Shown here in pieces: positions 50,639-62,962 of a stretch of DNA of 64,000 nucleotides. The stretch comes from Azolla caroliniana (Eukaryota; Plantae; Polypodiophyta). The stretch covers positions 7,130,001-7,194,000 of the forward strand of contig JBHGNT010000004.1 in the NCBI GenBank assembly GCA_043228905.1. Reading direction: 5' to 3'. The notes under the pieces are model-generated. The model was not told the DNA's origin, made no database searches, and saw nothing but the letters and a program-made list of their open reading frames with translations. Positions within the stretch are counted from its first letter, which is position 1. Every line of letters begins with the position of its first letter. Both the position numbers and the translations under genes were made by a program.

Positions 50639-51285
50639 TGTTGTCCAGAGGACAGAAATGTAAAATTAGGAAATTAGCAAACGCCGAGTCCGAGTATCAC
50701 GGGCCGCCGACGGCTCGGTTGTGTATTAGGGGAAAAGTTATTTAAACGAGGACCAATACCTCAGAGAGAGAGAGAAGAAAAATATAGGCGGAAGCACTAG
50801 CTTAGTCCTTCGTAATTAGATAAACTTGTAAGGTCACCGGCCATAGGCCGTGTTCTGTAATCTTTTCTGTCATAGTAATATATCTGAGTTGTGCCCATTT
50901 TGCTGCATGAGTCTGTGCTTTGATCCATACCTATGAGTTCAACGCCGCCCACGTCTATCAAGACCTCGCTAGTGTTTTCTCTTTGAGCCCTATATCTCTC
51001 TCGACGCCTCTGTTACGAGCCTTCACGTACCACGCCCTTGAAGACCGATAGCCGTAGATCTATCGAAGGTGTTCACCCAAAGGAACGGGAAACACAGTTT
51101 GGCACACCCGGTTACAGCTGTGAGTGCACAGCGAACTTCGTTGAAGGTAACCACCAGCCGCCGTTACGGCGCCCTCTCGCACCACGAGGTCTCGGCCACC
51201 CGCCCGACGCCCTGAGCCAGTCGAAGGAACTTCCGACTCGGCGGTCACTGACTAATCCTTTCCCGATCAATCGGAGGCTTGTCCA

Positions 51286-54200
51286 GTGCAATCCTCACCA
51301 CTGGACACTCGATCGCGAGTTGATTCACCACCAGAACCCCCGTCGAGCCCTCCGGAGGTCAATCAACCGGAACTAAACCCTTTTCCGGTGCTACCAGAAG
51401 ACCCACAGTACGACATCATGCCGTACCCATACCCACGATACACTAACGGACCAGAAGCGGAGTCACACGTCCGTGCCTTCATATCCACGTGGCAGGCTAA
51501 CCACTCCACGCACCGCCTCACGCCGGCCGAAATCGATGCCTCGAAGATTGCCGAGTTCACACTCTCCCTCGATGGACTGGCCGCACGATGGTACACTCGC
51601 CTCGAAATAGGAGAGGCCACCACTTTCCAAATCGTGCGCACAAAGTTCCTTGAACTTTTTCATCGCGAGGTGCCTAAACGGGAACTGCTCCGGCAATTCT
51701 TCTCTATATGCCAGGAACCGCACAAAACGGTCGCGCAGTTCATGATCCGGTTCCAGGATCTCTACAGACAAGTGGCCGATGATGTCTCGGTACAACATAT
51801 ATCGGACACTTTCCTATCAAGTTTACGAGAGCCTCTACGAACGACTCTCGCACTTACAAATTTCGCCAACCATACTATCGAACAAGTCATAGCACGTGTT
51901 CTCGCCCTCGATTGGAACCAGCACGGCACGGCCTTCTCAATGACATCCTTGCAAAACGCTCTTCCCCAAGAGGACAATCGCTTTCGCCAAGCCCTCCAAT
52001 GCACTACGTGTTCAGGATCAGGGCACCTGGCCCTCGAATGTCCCCACCGACCACAGTGTCCGATCTGTCAGTCTCGAGCTCACACGGAAGAGCAGTGCGA
52101 ATATAATATGCTGAACCGCACAACGGCAGCACCGGTCCGCCAGATCGAGCCACGAAATACATACTCTTGGCAGGACGAGCGATATATCTACCGAGACTAG
52201 GATAACGACCAACCGCGATCCCCGGATTGATGGCGCCGAGACGACGACTACCGACGTGATAACCGCCGTGATCATTATCGCGATGACCGACACGGTGATT
52301 GACGAGTGATATATCTACGGAGACCAGGATAACGACCAACCGCGATCCCCGGATCGACGGCGCCGAGACGACGACTACCGACATGATAACCGCCGTGATC
52401 ATTATCGCGATGACCGACACGGCGATTATGCCCGATATGATGACGATCGCGATGACCGGTATAACCGACAGAACTCACGCATTGATCGGCGAAATGGCAA
52501 CCACAACACACACAACAATAGAAGACCTAATGACAACCACAGACGGGACGCTCCTCAAAATGACCAGCTCAACTCCAACGCACCTCGGAACAACCCACCA
52601 CCAAACGAGACCGAGAATCAACAACAACAACTTCCACACATAGACCGAGCGGACACCAGCAGCTCGGCCAACGTGACATGTTTTAAATGTAATCAACCAG
52701 GCCACTACGCCACGCAATGTCCGACAACCAACCGTGGCAAGGCACCCGCGGTGAACAGTATCATGGCCGATGTTCAAACGGTCACTACCCGGAGTAAAGC
52801 GCAGACTACTCAGTGGCAAATCCAGGATGAAGTATATCAGGCAACAAAAGAATGGATCGACACGGCCAATAAAAATAATGTTGTACGCATGCAAACTGAC
52901 ATGAGAGACGGGCGCAGTGAAGTACCACAAACCTCGGCACCATCCACGTCGTCGGAGGACGACCAACTATGGGATGTTCTTACCAACTCCCGCATCTCGC
53001 TGCCCCTACATAAACTGCTACCACTCATGCCGAGATTTCGGGACACCATGGCGGCACTCCAGGCCAATACTAAGCCCGTGACGCCACCGGTACACCTCAC
53101 CGAAGCAGGAACCGGTTCACCACTCATGGATTCTCAGAACCCAGCCGTGCGAATCATCATTAAGGGACAAGACCTGCACGGATGCATCATCGACGGCGGA
53201 TCCGGCGTAAACGTTATTAGCGAGTCAACGTGTCTCAACCTCGGCTTGAATCAATGGGAACCATGCCCCTTTTGGCTTCGGATGGCTGACACCCGCTTCG
53301 TTCACCCCATTGGTTTAATCCGCCATCTCGACTTCACACTCGGAGGCCACATGTTCACGATCTCGGCCGTCGTGCTACGACTGGAGATACAAGGCGCCTA
53401 CCCAATGTTACTAGGTCGACCATGGTTGCGTACAGTGAATATCAAGCAACATTGGCAATGCAACATGATCTCGTTCCGAAGAGGAAAGACAAAAGTCCGA
53501 ATCATCACTGAAGAACGAGTCCCCGTCGCCCTCAACACTTCGCCGTTATACGCGGAAGGGGTCCATATGCTCGACGGGTTGGCCGATGAGGAGGTCGACG
53601 ACTTCCTAGATGATCATCCCACGATCATCCCTCTCTTCGAAATCAATGCCTTACCAACCATCGAGCCATCTAAAGACGAGGAAGTCACGGAGGAGTCACC
53701 ACCCCAATAGGAACTAGATGCAACCATAGTTGCCGATCTACGTCATGCTCGGGAGGCTTTCGAACGCGAACTCGCCATTTCACAACGAGTGAAAGCATCA
53801 ACCCTGGAAACAATAAACCTCGGTTCGGACGAGAATCCCCGTACGGTACAAATTGCCAATAATCTACCAACTGGAGAACGGGCATGCCTCGTAAAATTAC
53901 TCACCGACTACCAGGATGTTTTCGCTTGGTCTTACACCGATATGAAGGGGCTGGATCCTCAATACTACCAACATCAAATTCACATCTTACCCGACACTCG
54001 GCCGGTTCAGCAGAGGCGCTACAGGATGAACCCCAACTACGCCGCTAAAGTCAAAGAGGAAATTGACAAACTACTCGGAGTGGGCTTCATTCGCCCTGTT
54101 AAACGGGCTACATGGTTGAGCCCGATCGTAGTGGTCCCAAAGAAGAACGGAAAAATCCGCGTCTGCGTCGACTATCGGAAGCTTAACACGGCAACAGTCA

Positions 54201-55076
54201 CCGACGGTTTCCCTTTCCCATTCACGGATAGCGTCCTCGACACGGTAGCCGGCCACGAATGCTACAGTTTCCTCGACGGGTTCAGCGGCTATAATCAGAT
54301 AAGAATGCACTCGGAGGATCAAGAGAAAACCGCTTTCGTCATGGAATGGGGTGTTTTTGTAGCAGAAGTTATGATGTTCGGTCTAAAAACGGCGCCGGCT
54401 ATGTTCCAGCGCATCATCACCGAAATCTTTCATGACTACATCCCGACGTTCATGCAAGTCTTTCTCGACGATTTCGCCGTGTATGGCCATCGACAGGAAC
54501 ACATGACCCAGTTACGACTCTACCTGGACCGATGTCGCCAAGCTCGATTGAGTTTAAACCCGGCGAAATGCGCGTTCTTAGTCACCAGCGGAAACCTTCT
54601 CGGCCACATTGTCAGTCAAGAAGGCATCGCTATGGACCCGGATAAAGTAAAGGCAATCTTGAATGCCACCGCACCCTCGAACGCTAAGGCACTAAGCCGT
54701 TTTTTGGGACAGATCCGGTGGCACAGCCGAATGATACGACACCTGGCCAATTTCGTGACACCCTTACACGCGGCAGTCCATCGCCTTCCTTTCCAATGGA
54801 TGACAATCGAGGACACGGCCTATCAGACCTTGAAACGAATGCTTTCACATGCCCCGGTGGTCCAGTCTCCGGTTTGGTCCGAACCGTTTCATGTCTTCGT
54901 AAATTCTTCGGACATCGCCATCGGAAGTGCCCTGATGCAATGCACACCCCCGAATTGGTATAGGCTCGTGTACTACACCAACCGACGGCTCTCGACCGCG
55001 GAAAAGAATTACTCCACCACCGAGCGGGAGGCCCTCGGTATGATTTATAGCATCAATAAATTTCGGCATTACCTCT
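51286..55076 (+). pseudogene. Gypsy-Y gag-protease-RT-RNase H (5' part)
   Basis: Retrotransposon gag, three CCHC knuckles, protease IIDGGSGVN, RT FLDD; stops at 52200 and 53710; a 127-bp duplication (52174-52427) shifts the frame. Confidence 0.85.
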
Positions 55077-55115
55077 TGTAAACGTGAGTGTTTGCGGAAG
55101 CGTAAAACAGAGAAC

Positions 55116-55153
<38 letters not shown>

Positions 55154-58100
55154 AGAACGTAATTTCAAAATTATATCAAGACTCTGTTTACACACTGTGC
55201 TAAGTAGCACTATTTATACAAGTCCTCTTGGGACTGACAGAAGTACCATGTACTTCAATGCTCACACGAGCATCTGACACTTACTACGAGACTATAGATA
55301 CCTAGTAGTCTATCCTATTCTAGGCTTCCGATTAGACTGCCGGTTAAGGATTGCACCCGGCCTCCACTGCTTGCCGGTTCAGTTGCTCACCGTCATACCG
55401 ATCCGTTTCGCCCGATCCGTCTCGCTTCTACGGCTCTGGCTTATTCAGCCGATCCGGCTCCGGTTGAGCTTGCCGCTCAACACTCCCCCACAAGCTCAAC
55501 CTGAGGTGGGGTCGTAGTGTCGACCTCTGTGGTAGTCGGTTCTTTCAACCGACTCCTCCTGGCGTCACTCCGCCTTGCTCGCGCTCCTCGTCCGGTCCGG
55601 TCCCGTTTGCCGCGACCCCTTTGGTTCTGCGCGCCTCGACCCTCTCGGTCGGGTTGTCTGCTCAATAGGCCCATCTTAGCACTCACGTTGCTGTGACTCC
55701 GACGCTTGCCGATCCGTCGGTTCTCCCACGATGGCATCGACTTCCGTTGTGCCCGTGTCCCCTTGGCCTTCAGTCGATCCGACTCATCCGGATCCATTTG
55801 TTGATCCGAGTCAGCTGTCTCCGACTCGTTCCAACTCTTGTCCGAATCGGTACACTCCGATTCGACTTCTGGCTTCAGGCCTCTCACCACATCGGACCAC
55901 TTCCGAGTCTTGGCCTTCTCCATGCTTCCCTCGGCTTCTTCAGCCGGTGAACCGAAATCGAATTCTTCATTCGACTCCGCCTCATGGTCAGTACCGGTAG
56001 AGACTTTGCCCTTGCTTCTCCCCCTCAAGTGCGGCAAGCATGTCGATAAAGTGCTGCAACTTGTCCGATCCGAGCGGTTTGGTGAAGATGTCGGCAACTT
56101 GCCGATCCGTATGAACATACCGTAGGTCAACTTAACCGCTCAGGACCCGCTCACGCACGAAGTGGTAGTGCACCTCGATGTGCTTTGTGCGAGCATGGAA
56201 CACAGGGTTCCTGGCGAGCTGTAGGCTGCTCATGTTATCACAGTAAATCGGGATCGGGGTCGGCACCTCGATTCGCAAGTCTCGCAGTAGTCGCCGAAGC
56301 TAGATGGCTTCACAAGTGGCAACGGTAGCGGCCCGGTACTCAGCCTCAATGCTTGACAAAGCCACTGTGGGCTGCTTCTTGCTGCTCCACACAACGGCCG
56401 TGCTACCTATGGAGAACATGTATCCGGAAGTGGAGCGGCGATCATACGCATCGCCGGCCCAGTCAACATCTGTGTAACCGACAAGCTCTTCGGGTATACC
56501 TCACCGGTATAGCAGACCCCGGTCTTTAGTGCCGCTAACATACCGTAATATTCGTTGCGCGCACTGAAGGTGCTCCACGGTCGGCTTCTGCATGAACTGA
56601 CTTACCATGCCAACCAGATAGCTGATGTCGGGTCGGGTGATGGTTAAGTAGATCAGGCTTCCGACAACCTATCGGAACCGTTTCTCATTGCAGGCCGGTC
56701 CGGAGTTGGGACGGAGCTTCTGGTTCCGGTCCAGGGGTGTGGAGACAGGTCGGCAATCCGTCATGCCGAACTTATATAGCATATTCAACACGTAATGTCG
56801 TTGTGAGAGCAATATGCCGTCGGGGGTCTGAATCACTTCGATCCCAAGAAAATAATGGAGGTTCCCCAGGTCCTTCATTTCGAATGCGTCCGACAACTGG
56901 GACTTCACGCGGTTGATTTCCGGAAGACCCGGTCCGGTGATGACTAAATCATCCACATACAAGAGTATACATACCGGACCGTCAGAGCCTTACCGGATGA
57001 ACAACGAAGAGTCCGACTTAGAGACAACAAACCCCAGCTTATGTAACCGGTGCGTGATCTTCGCGTTCCAAGCTCGGGGGGCTTGCTTCAAGCCGTAAAG
57101 CGATTTCTTCAGTCGGCATACCGCCGATTTGTTCATCTCCGATTGAAATCCGGGGGGCTGAGTCATAAAGACTTCTTCTTCAAGCTCTCCTTGAAGGAAG
57201 GCGTTCTTCACATCCATCTGGTGAAGATGCCACCCCCTTGCCGCAGCAACCGCCAGTACCACACGAACCGTTGTCATCTTCGCCACAGGAGCTAAGGTCT
57301 CGTCGTAGTCGATTCCGTAAACCCTAAACCCTAAACCCTAAACCCTCTGTGCGTAGCCCTTCGCCACTAGCTGGGCTTTGTACCGGTTAACAGAACTGTC
57401 GGCGTTGTACTTGACCTTGTACACCCACTTGCATCCAATCGGTTTACAATGACGGGGAGGATCAAGTAGGTCCCAAGTTTCGTTGGCATCGAGTGCCCGC
57501 ATTTCTTCGTCCATAGCGGCACGCCAATTCGCGTCCTTTGCCGCTTCTGCATAGCTCTCCAGCTCACGCACTTCTGTCACCTTAGTCATGTACGCATAAT
57601 GATGCGCCATGTATTCATTGTACCCGTACCGCATGACGGGATCCTTCTGGCGGGTTGATCGGCGCAACTCACCGTCACCTGATTTGAGGCCCTTCTTGGC
57701 CAGTTCGGTCTTCGTTGCCGAAGATCTGCCTTTCTCCTTTCCGGAGTCGGATACGCACCGATCCGACTCATCGTTGCCGGTTTCGAATTCCGGCATCTTC
57801 CTCTTCCCCTTCTCTTTGCGCGTGAACCGTTTCCTTGGTTCCTTGCGCGGGGAGAGCACGGCAGAGTCTCCACCACTTGCCGTCTCTTCATCTGACTGGT
57901 CCAACCGACTCAGTCCCTCGTTCGGTCCACTCAACCGCAACGATTCCGGACTCTCATCTTGAGTCCCGGCTTCATCATCCTCTTCCACGGCTGATTCAGG
58001 TTCACTGGCCTGATCTTCCGGCATTCGGTCGAGATTGGAAGTCGGAGTCGGTACGGAGTACCAAGATGCCGATTCATCGAACTCGACATCCTGGCTAACT

Positions 58101-60450
58101 CGGGCTTCGTTCGTCCGGGGGTTATAGCACTTATACCCCTTTTGCTCTTTAGCATAGCCGACTAGGATGCATTTTTCCGATTTTGCATCCAGCTTCCTCC
58201 GCTTCTGATCTGGCACATGCACATACGCTAGGTTGCCGAATATCCGAAGGTGTCTTAAGTTCGGCTTGCGCCCGAAATACAGCTCATGAGCTGACACCTT
58301 GTCACCAATTCGGTTTTGTATGTAGACGACCGTCTAGACCGCCTCCGCCCAGTAGAACAGGGGCATGCTCTTCTCCTCCAGCATTGTCCTTGCCGCTTCG
58401 ACGAGTGTCCGGTTCTTCCTTTCGGCCACACCGTTTTGCTCCGGTGTGTATCTGCAGCTGAACTCTCGCCGAATTCCCTTCTGCTGCAGATAACTAGTGA
58501 ATTGGCCGGAAAAATATTCCTTTCCGCCATCCGACCGAAGGCATTTGATCTTCCTCTCCGATTCCCGTTCCACCATCTTCTGGAGGCTCCGGAAACAGTC
58601 GAAGACTTCGCTCTTCCGCTCAATGAGGTAGATCCAAGTATGTCGAGTATAGTCGTAGATGAAGGAGACGAAGTATCGGCTCCCGCCAAGGCTTACACTT
58701 TGTGCCGGTCCCCATACATCCGAATGGATGAGATCGAGCTTGTTACGGCTCCGGTTCCGTTCGGTGGGGAATGGAAGCTGATGTTGCTTCCCAAGTTGGC
58801 AGGCTTCACAAATTTCGGCTCTCTAGCCGCTGAACTTTGGCAAACCGAAAACGACTTGTTTCGTTTGCAGGTCTTGAAGCCTCCGGTAGTGGACGTGGCC
58901 TATCCGCTTGTGCCATAGGTTGATGTCCGACTCGACCTTCTGTCGTTTCCCGAACAGAGCGGTGCCAATGTCATTGGTGTTGAGGATAAACATCCTCCCG
59001 TCTCTGCGCCCTTGCGCAATGACTTCGCCCTCATCTTCAATGAAGCACCCGAGGTGCGTAAACCGCACCTACATCCCTTGGTCGACAATCTGACCGACGG
59101 ACACCAGGTTCTTCGTCATCGTTGGAACGTGTAATACGTTCATCAGCTTCCCTTTCTGTCCGACGTGGCTTAGAGGGACTTCTCCGACGTGCACGATTGG
59201 GTGTGGAGTGTCGTCTCCGGTTTCGACTACTCCTGGTTGATCCGGTTTCTCCAGAAAGGAGAACCACTCTTTGTGGCTCATCATGTGGTTCGATGCGCCG
59301 GAATCAACATACCACACTTCCTCCGTTTTGGAAGTGGTCTTCTTCATTGAGTTTGCCTTGTGATTCATCACCAAGGCTGGCCCCTTATGATTCCTCTTGA
59401 TCCGTTTGTGTAGTGCGAGTTTTGCCGGCCATCCTTACCGGTCTTGCCGGATCCGGATTTGTCCGAATCGGTACGCTTTCTCCAACACTCGCTTTCCCTG
59501 TGGCCTTTTTTGCCACAGTACCAGCATTCCGTAGCGGATTTGTCTTGCCGGCCTCCGGCACCGCCTTGACTCCCCCTGCTTGTGGAAGTCCCGGAACTGC
59601 TGTCGGCACAGTCATAGTGCCTCCGTTCCTGCTCTTGCCGGCCGCCTCCATTGCGTGCCGACCCACCACTTCCACCACGCCCACAGTGCCGATCCATTCC
59701 CGTGTACAACATCCGGTTGTCCAGGGATGCACTGGTAGATGCATTGGCGTGGTTCTCCTCTACAAGGAGCATCGACTGTAAGTCGAAGAATGAGGGGGTA
59801 TTCTCCCTTGTACACACCGCAGTCCGGAATGCTTCAAACTTGGACGCCAGGCCTCCGAGAAATACCTGCACCATCTCGTCTTCCTCTACGATAACATTGA
59901 TAGAGGCGAGCGAGTCGCAGATCTCCTTTATCCGGCCCGTGTAGTCTACCACGGACATGTTCTTCTGTCGAACATTGCTCAACTCCTATCTGAGTTGTAG
60001 CTTCCGGGCAGTGGTGCTTGTGGCGAAAACCTTTTTCAGGTTCCCCCAAGCATCCTTCGGTGTCTTGGCGTCACGGATGTGGCTGAGCAGCTGATTGCCG
60101 ACACTGGACGCGAAGCAGTACATCACCCTGCTTGCCGCCTGTTCCCATACCGGGAAGTCCTTGTGTGCCGAGTCGGGTGCCGCATCATTCGCTCCTTCGA
60201 CATAACTCCAGTACCCGTGTCCAAGCAGGTACTGGTGCATCTTGTAAGACCAGGATGCGTAGTTGCTCCTGTCGAGCTTCTCCACCGGGAGCGACGTAGC
60301 CATTCCTCTATCCATGTCTTCTACTGTGTCTGTTTTCGACCTGTTAGGGTTTTATTCTCAAGAGTTAAATGTCTGCAGCAGAGGTTCTCAACCCTCGCGC
60401 TCTGATACCATGTGAACATGAGTGTTTGCGGAAGCGTAAAACAGAGAACA

Positions 60451-60512
<62 letters not shown>

Positions 60513-60837
60513 ACGTAATTTCAAAATTATATCAAGACTCTGTTTACACACTGTGCTAAGTAGCACTATTTATACAAGTCCTCTTGGGACTGACAGAAGT
60601 ACCATGTACTTCAATGCTCACACGAGCATCTGACACTTACTACGAGACTATAGATACCTAGTAGTCTATCCTATTCTAGGCTTCCGATTGGACTGCCGGT
60701 TACGGATTGCACCTGGCCTCCACTGCTTGCCGGTTCGGTTGCTCACTGTCATACCGATCCGTTTCGCCCGATCCGTCTCGCTTACCGGCTCCGGCTTATT
60801 CAGCCGATCCGGCTCTGGTTGAGCTTGCCGCTCAACA
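55077..60837 (-). mobile_element. Copia-X copy 3, full length
   Basis: LTRs 55077-55482 and 60411-60837; TSD CCTCT (55072-55076, 60838-60842); PBS 60410-60399; gag ATG 60315; protease, integrase, RT (YVDD), RNase H with scattered stops. Confidence 0.95.
57318..57346 (-). repeat. Interstitial telomeric repeat (TTTAGGG)4
   Basis: TAAACCC x4 perfect, inside RT between GYAQ and YGIDYDET. Confidence 0.9.
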
Positions 60838-60842
60838 CCTCT

Positions 60843-62449
60843 TGGGCCGAAAATTTACTTTTCACGTGGATCACTCGACCCTTCTTTATTTGTTCAATAA
60901 GCAAGCCCTTACCGGATGGTTGGCTCGGTAGATGCTCCTACTACAAGAGTTTGATTTCCAGATTCAGCATCGACTCAGGGTACAACATGCCGTCGCCGAC
61001 TACTTGAGTTGTCTTGAGTTAGGAGAACCGGCGAAAACAACGTACGACGAGCTACCGGACGCCAGCTTATTTAACCTGACGACGATACCAGACGATAACG
61101 GAGATGAATGGATCACGGAGATGACCCATTTTCTCACTACCGGTGTACCTCCCGAGCACATGACCCTTGACACGAGAAAACGCCTAGCAGTGCGTAGTCG
61201 GAATTTTTGCCTCGTCTCGGACATTCTCTACCACAAAGGCTCGGACGACATATGGCACCGAGCGATTCGGCAATTCAAGAAGAACGCCGTTCTTCAGGAA
61301 GCCCACCAGGGAGTAGCTGGGGGGCACTACGCCGGGGATTCCACGGCAAGGAAAGTTTGGCAAAGTGGATTGTGGTGGCCGACAACAAAGAAAGACGCTC
61401 ACAAGTTTTGCCGGTAGTGTGATTTGTGCCAACAACTGGGGCAACCAATGGAACAGTCACGGATGCCACACCAGCCGATTCTTCCGTTGGACCCATTTCA
61501 AAAATGGGGTTTGGATTTTGTAGGCCCTTTCAAACCACCCGCGGCCCGAACAGGGAATAGGTATATTATCGTTGCCACGGATTACTGCACCAAATGGGTC
61601 GAGGCTAAGGCACTCCGAGATAACACGGCGGCATTCACGGCTAAATTCGTGTACGAGCACCTCTGGTGCCGTTACGGATGCCCAATCGAGCTCGTTAGTG
61701 ACCAAGGTGGGCACTTCATCAATCATATAATACGTGAGCTTACACACCACTACGCGGTGGTGCACAAGAAAAGCACACCATACTACCCGCAAGTGAACGG
61801 CTTGGTGGAATCGACCAATAAAATCCTCCAAACCATACTGAAGAAGATCGTCAATGAAAACAGGACCGATTGGGATGACAAACTCCAGAGTGTGTTGTGG
61901 GCGTATCGTACGACTTTCAAAACAAGCATCCAATCGACCCCCTTTCGAATGGCGTTCAGGTTAGAAGCCGTAATGCCAGTCGAGTTCCAAGTCCCGAGCC
62001 TCCGAGTTCAAGTCAAAGCACGGCTTCCTGAGGCCCAATCCGAGCAATCCTGGCTGGAACAACTCCTCGAACTCGGCGAAGATAGGATAGAGAGTATGGC
62101 CCAGCTCAAACAACGCCAACGCCAACGCAAGGGTTTCGTGGATCGACATCGACACGGGCTGGAGAAGGAGCTCACCATCGGCAAACCAGTTCTTCTTTTC
62201 CAAACACGACTCGGGTCAATGCCGGGAAAATTAAGATTTCGGTGGACCGGTCCATTCTAGATTATCGATGAGTTCAACGGGATGTTCTAGCTCGGCACAC
62301 TCGCCGGCGATACTGTCAAAAGCTGGGCCAATGGTTTCCGACTTCGACCATATCGAGGGACTACACCACCCAACCCGTTTACCGAGCCACACGGCACAAA
62401 CAAGTCTCGGGAGACCACCATGGAGGACGCCACGTGTCCCCCTGAATAA
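60843..62449 (+). pseudogene. Gypsy-Y RNase H end and integrase
   Basis: HHCC finger, KWGLDFVGPF, SDQG, NGLVESTN, RWTGPF; several stops; ends TAA 62447-62449. Confidence 0.85.
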
Positions 62450-62962
62450 GGACTCACCCACCTTCTTGAAATTAATAAAAGTAGTAGTAGGTAGGATTAA
62501 CCATACTTTAGCCACTGATTAGCTACACCTACACCACCCACCTAGGCACCCACAATTTTAGGAGCACCCCTTGCCACCACTCAGTTAGTACCTATTTAAG
62601 CACATGCAAAGCACTAGAAGCGCCCCACTCACCTTCAGGACACGTGGTGCTAGTCACTTATTATGGCACCCACGACTAAGAATCTTCAGGATTCACTTCA
62701 GGCACAAAACCCTAGGAGTAAGTTACTAAAACCGTTTCCAAAACGCAGCACAGACCATTATGGCTCCCCATCTCCATCGCTCTCAAGCTCAGAAACCCCG
62801 TCTCGCCCTCATCACGCTAAACGCTCTTGCTCTCAAGCCCTCTTTTGCTCTCATAACCCCTCTGCTGGACTTCCCCTTCCTGCTGTTCCTCCTGTGTCTC
62901 GCCCTCGCCTCATCACTCTTCTTCACGCTTCCACACAGTCGAACCCCGTCTCCATCTCCACC

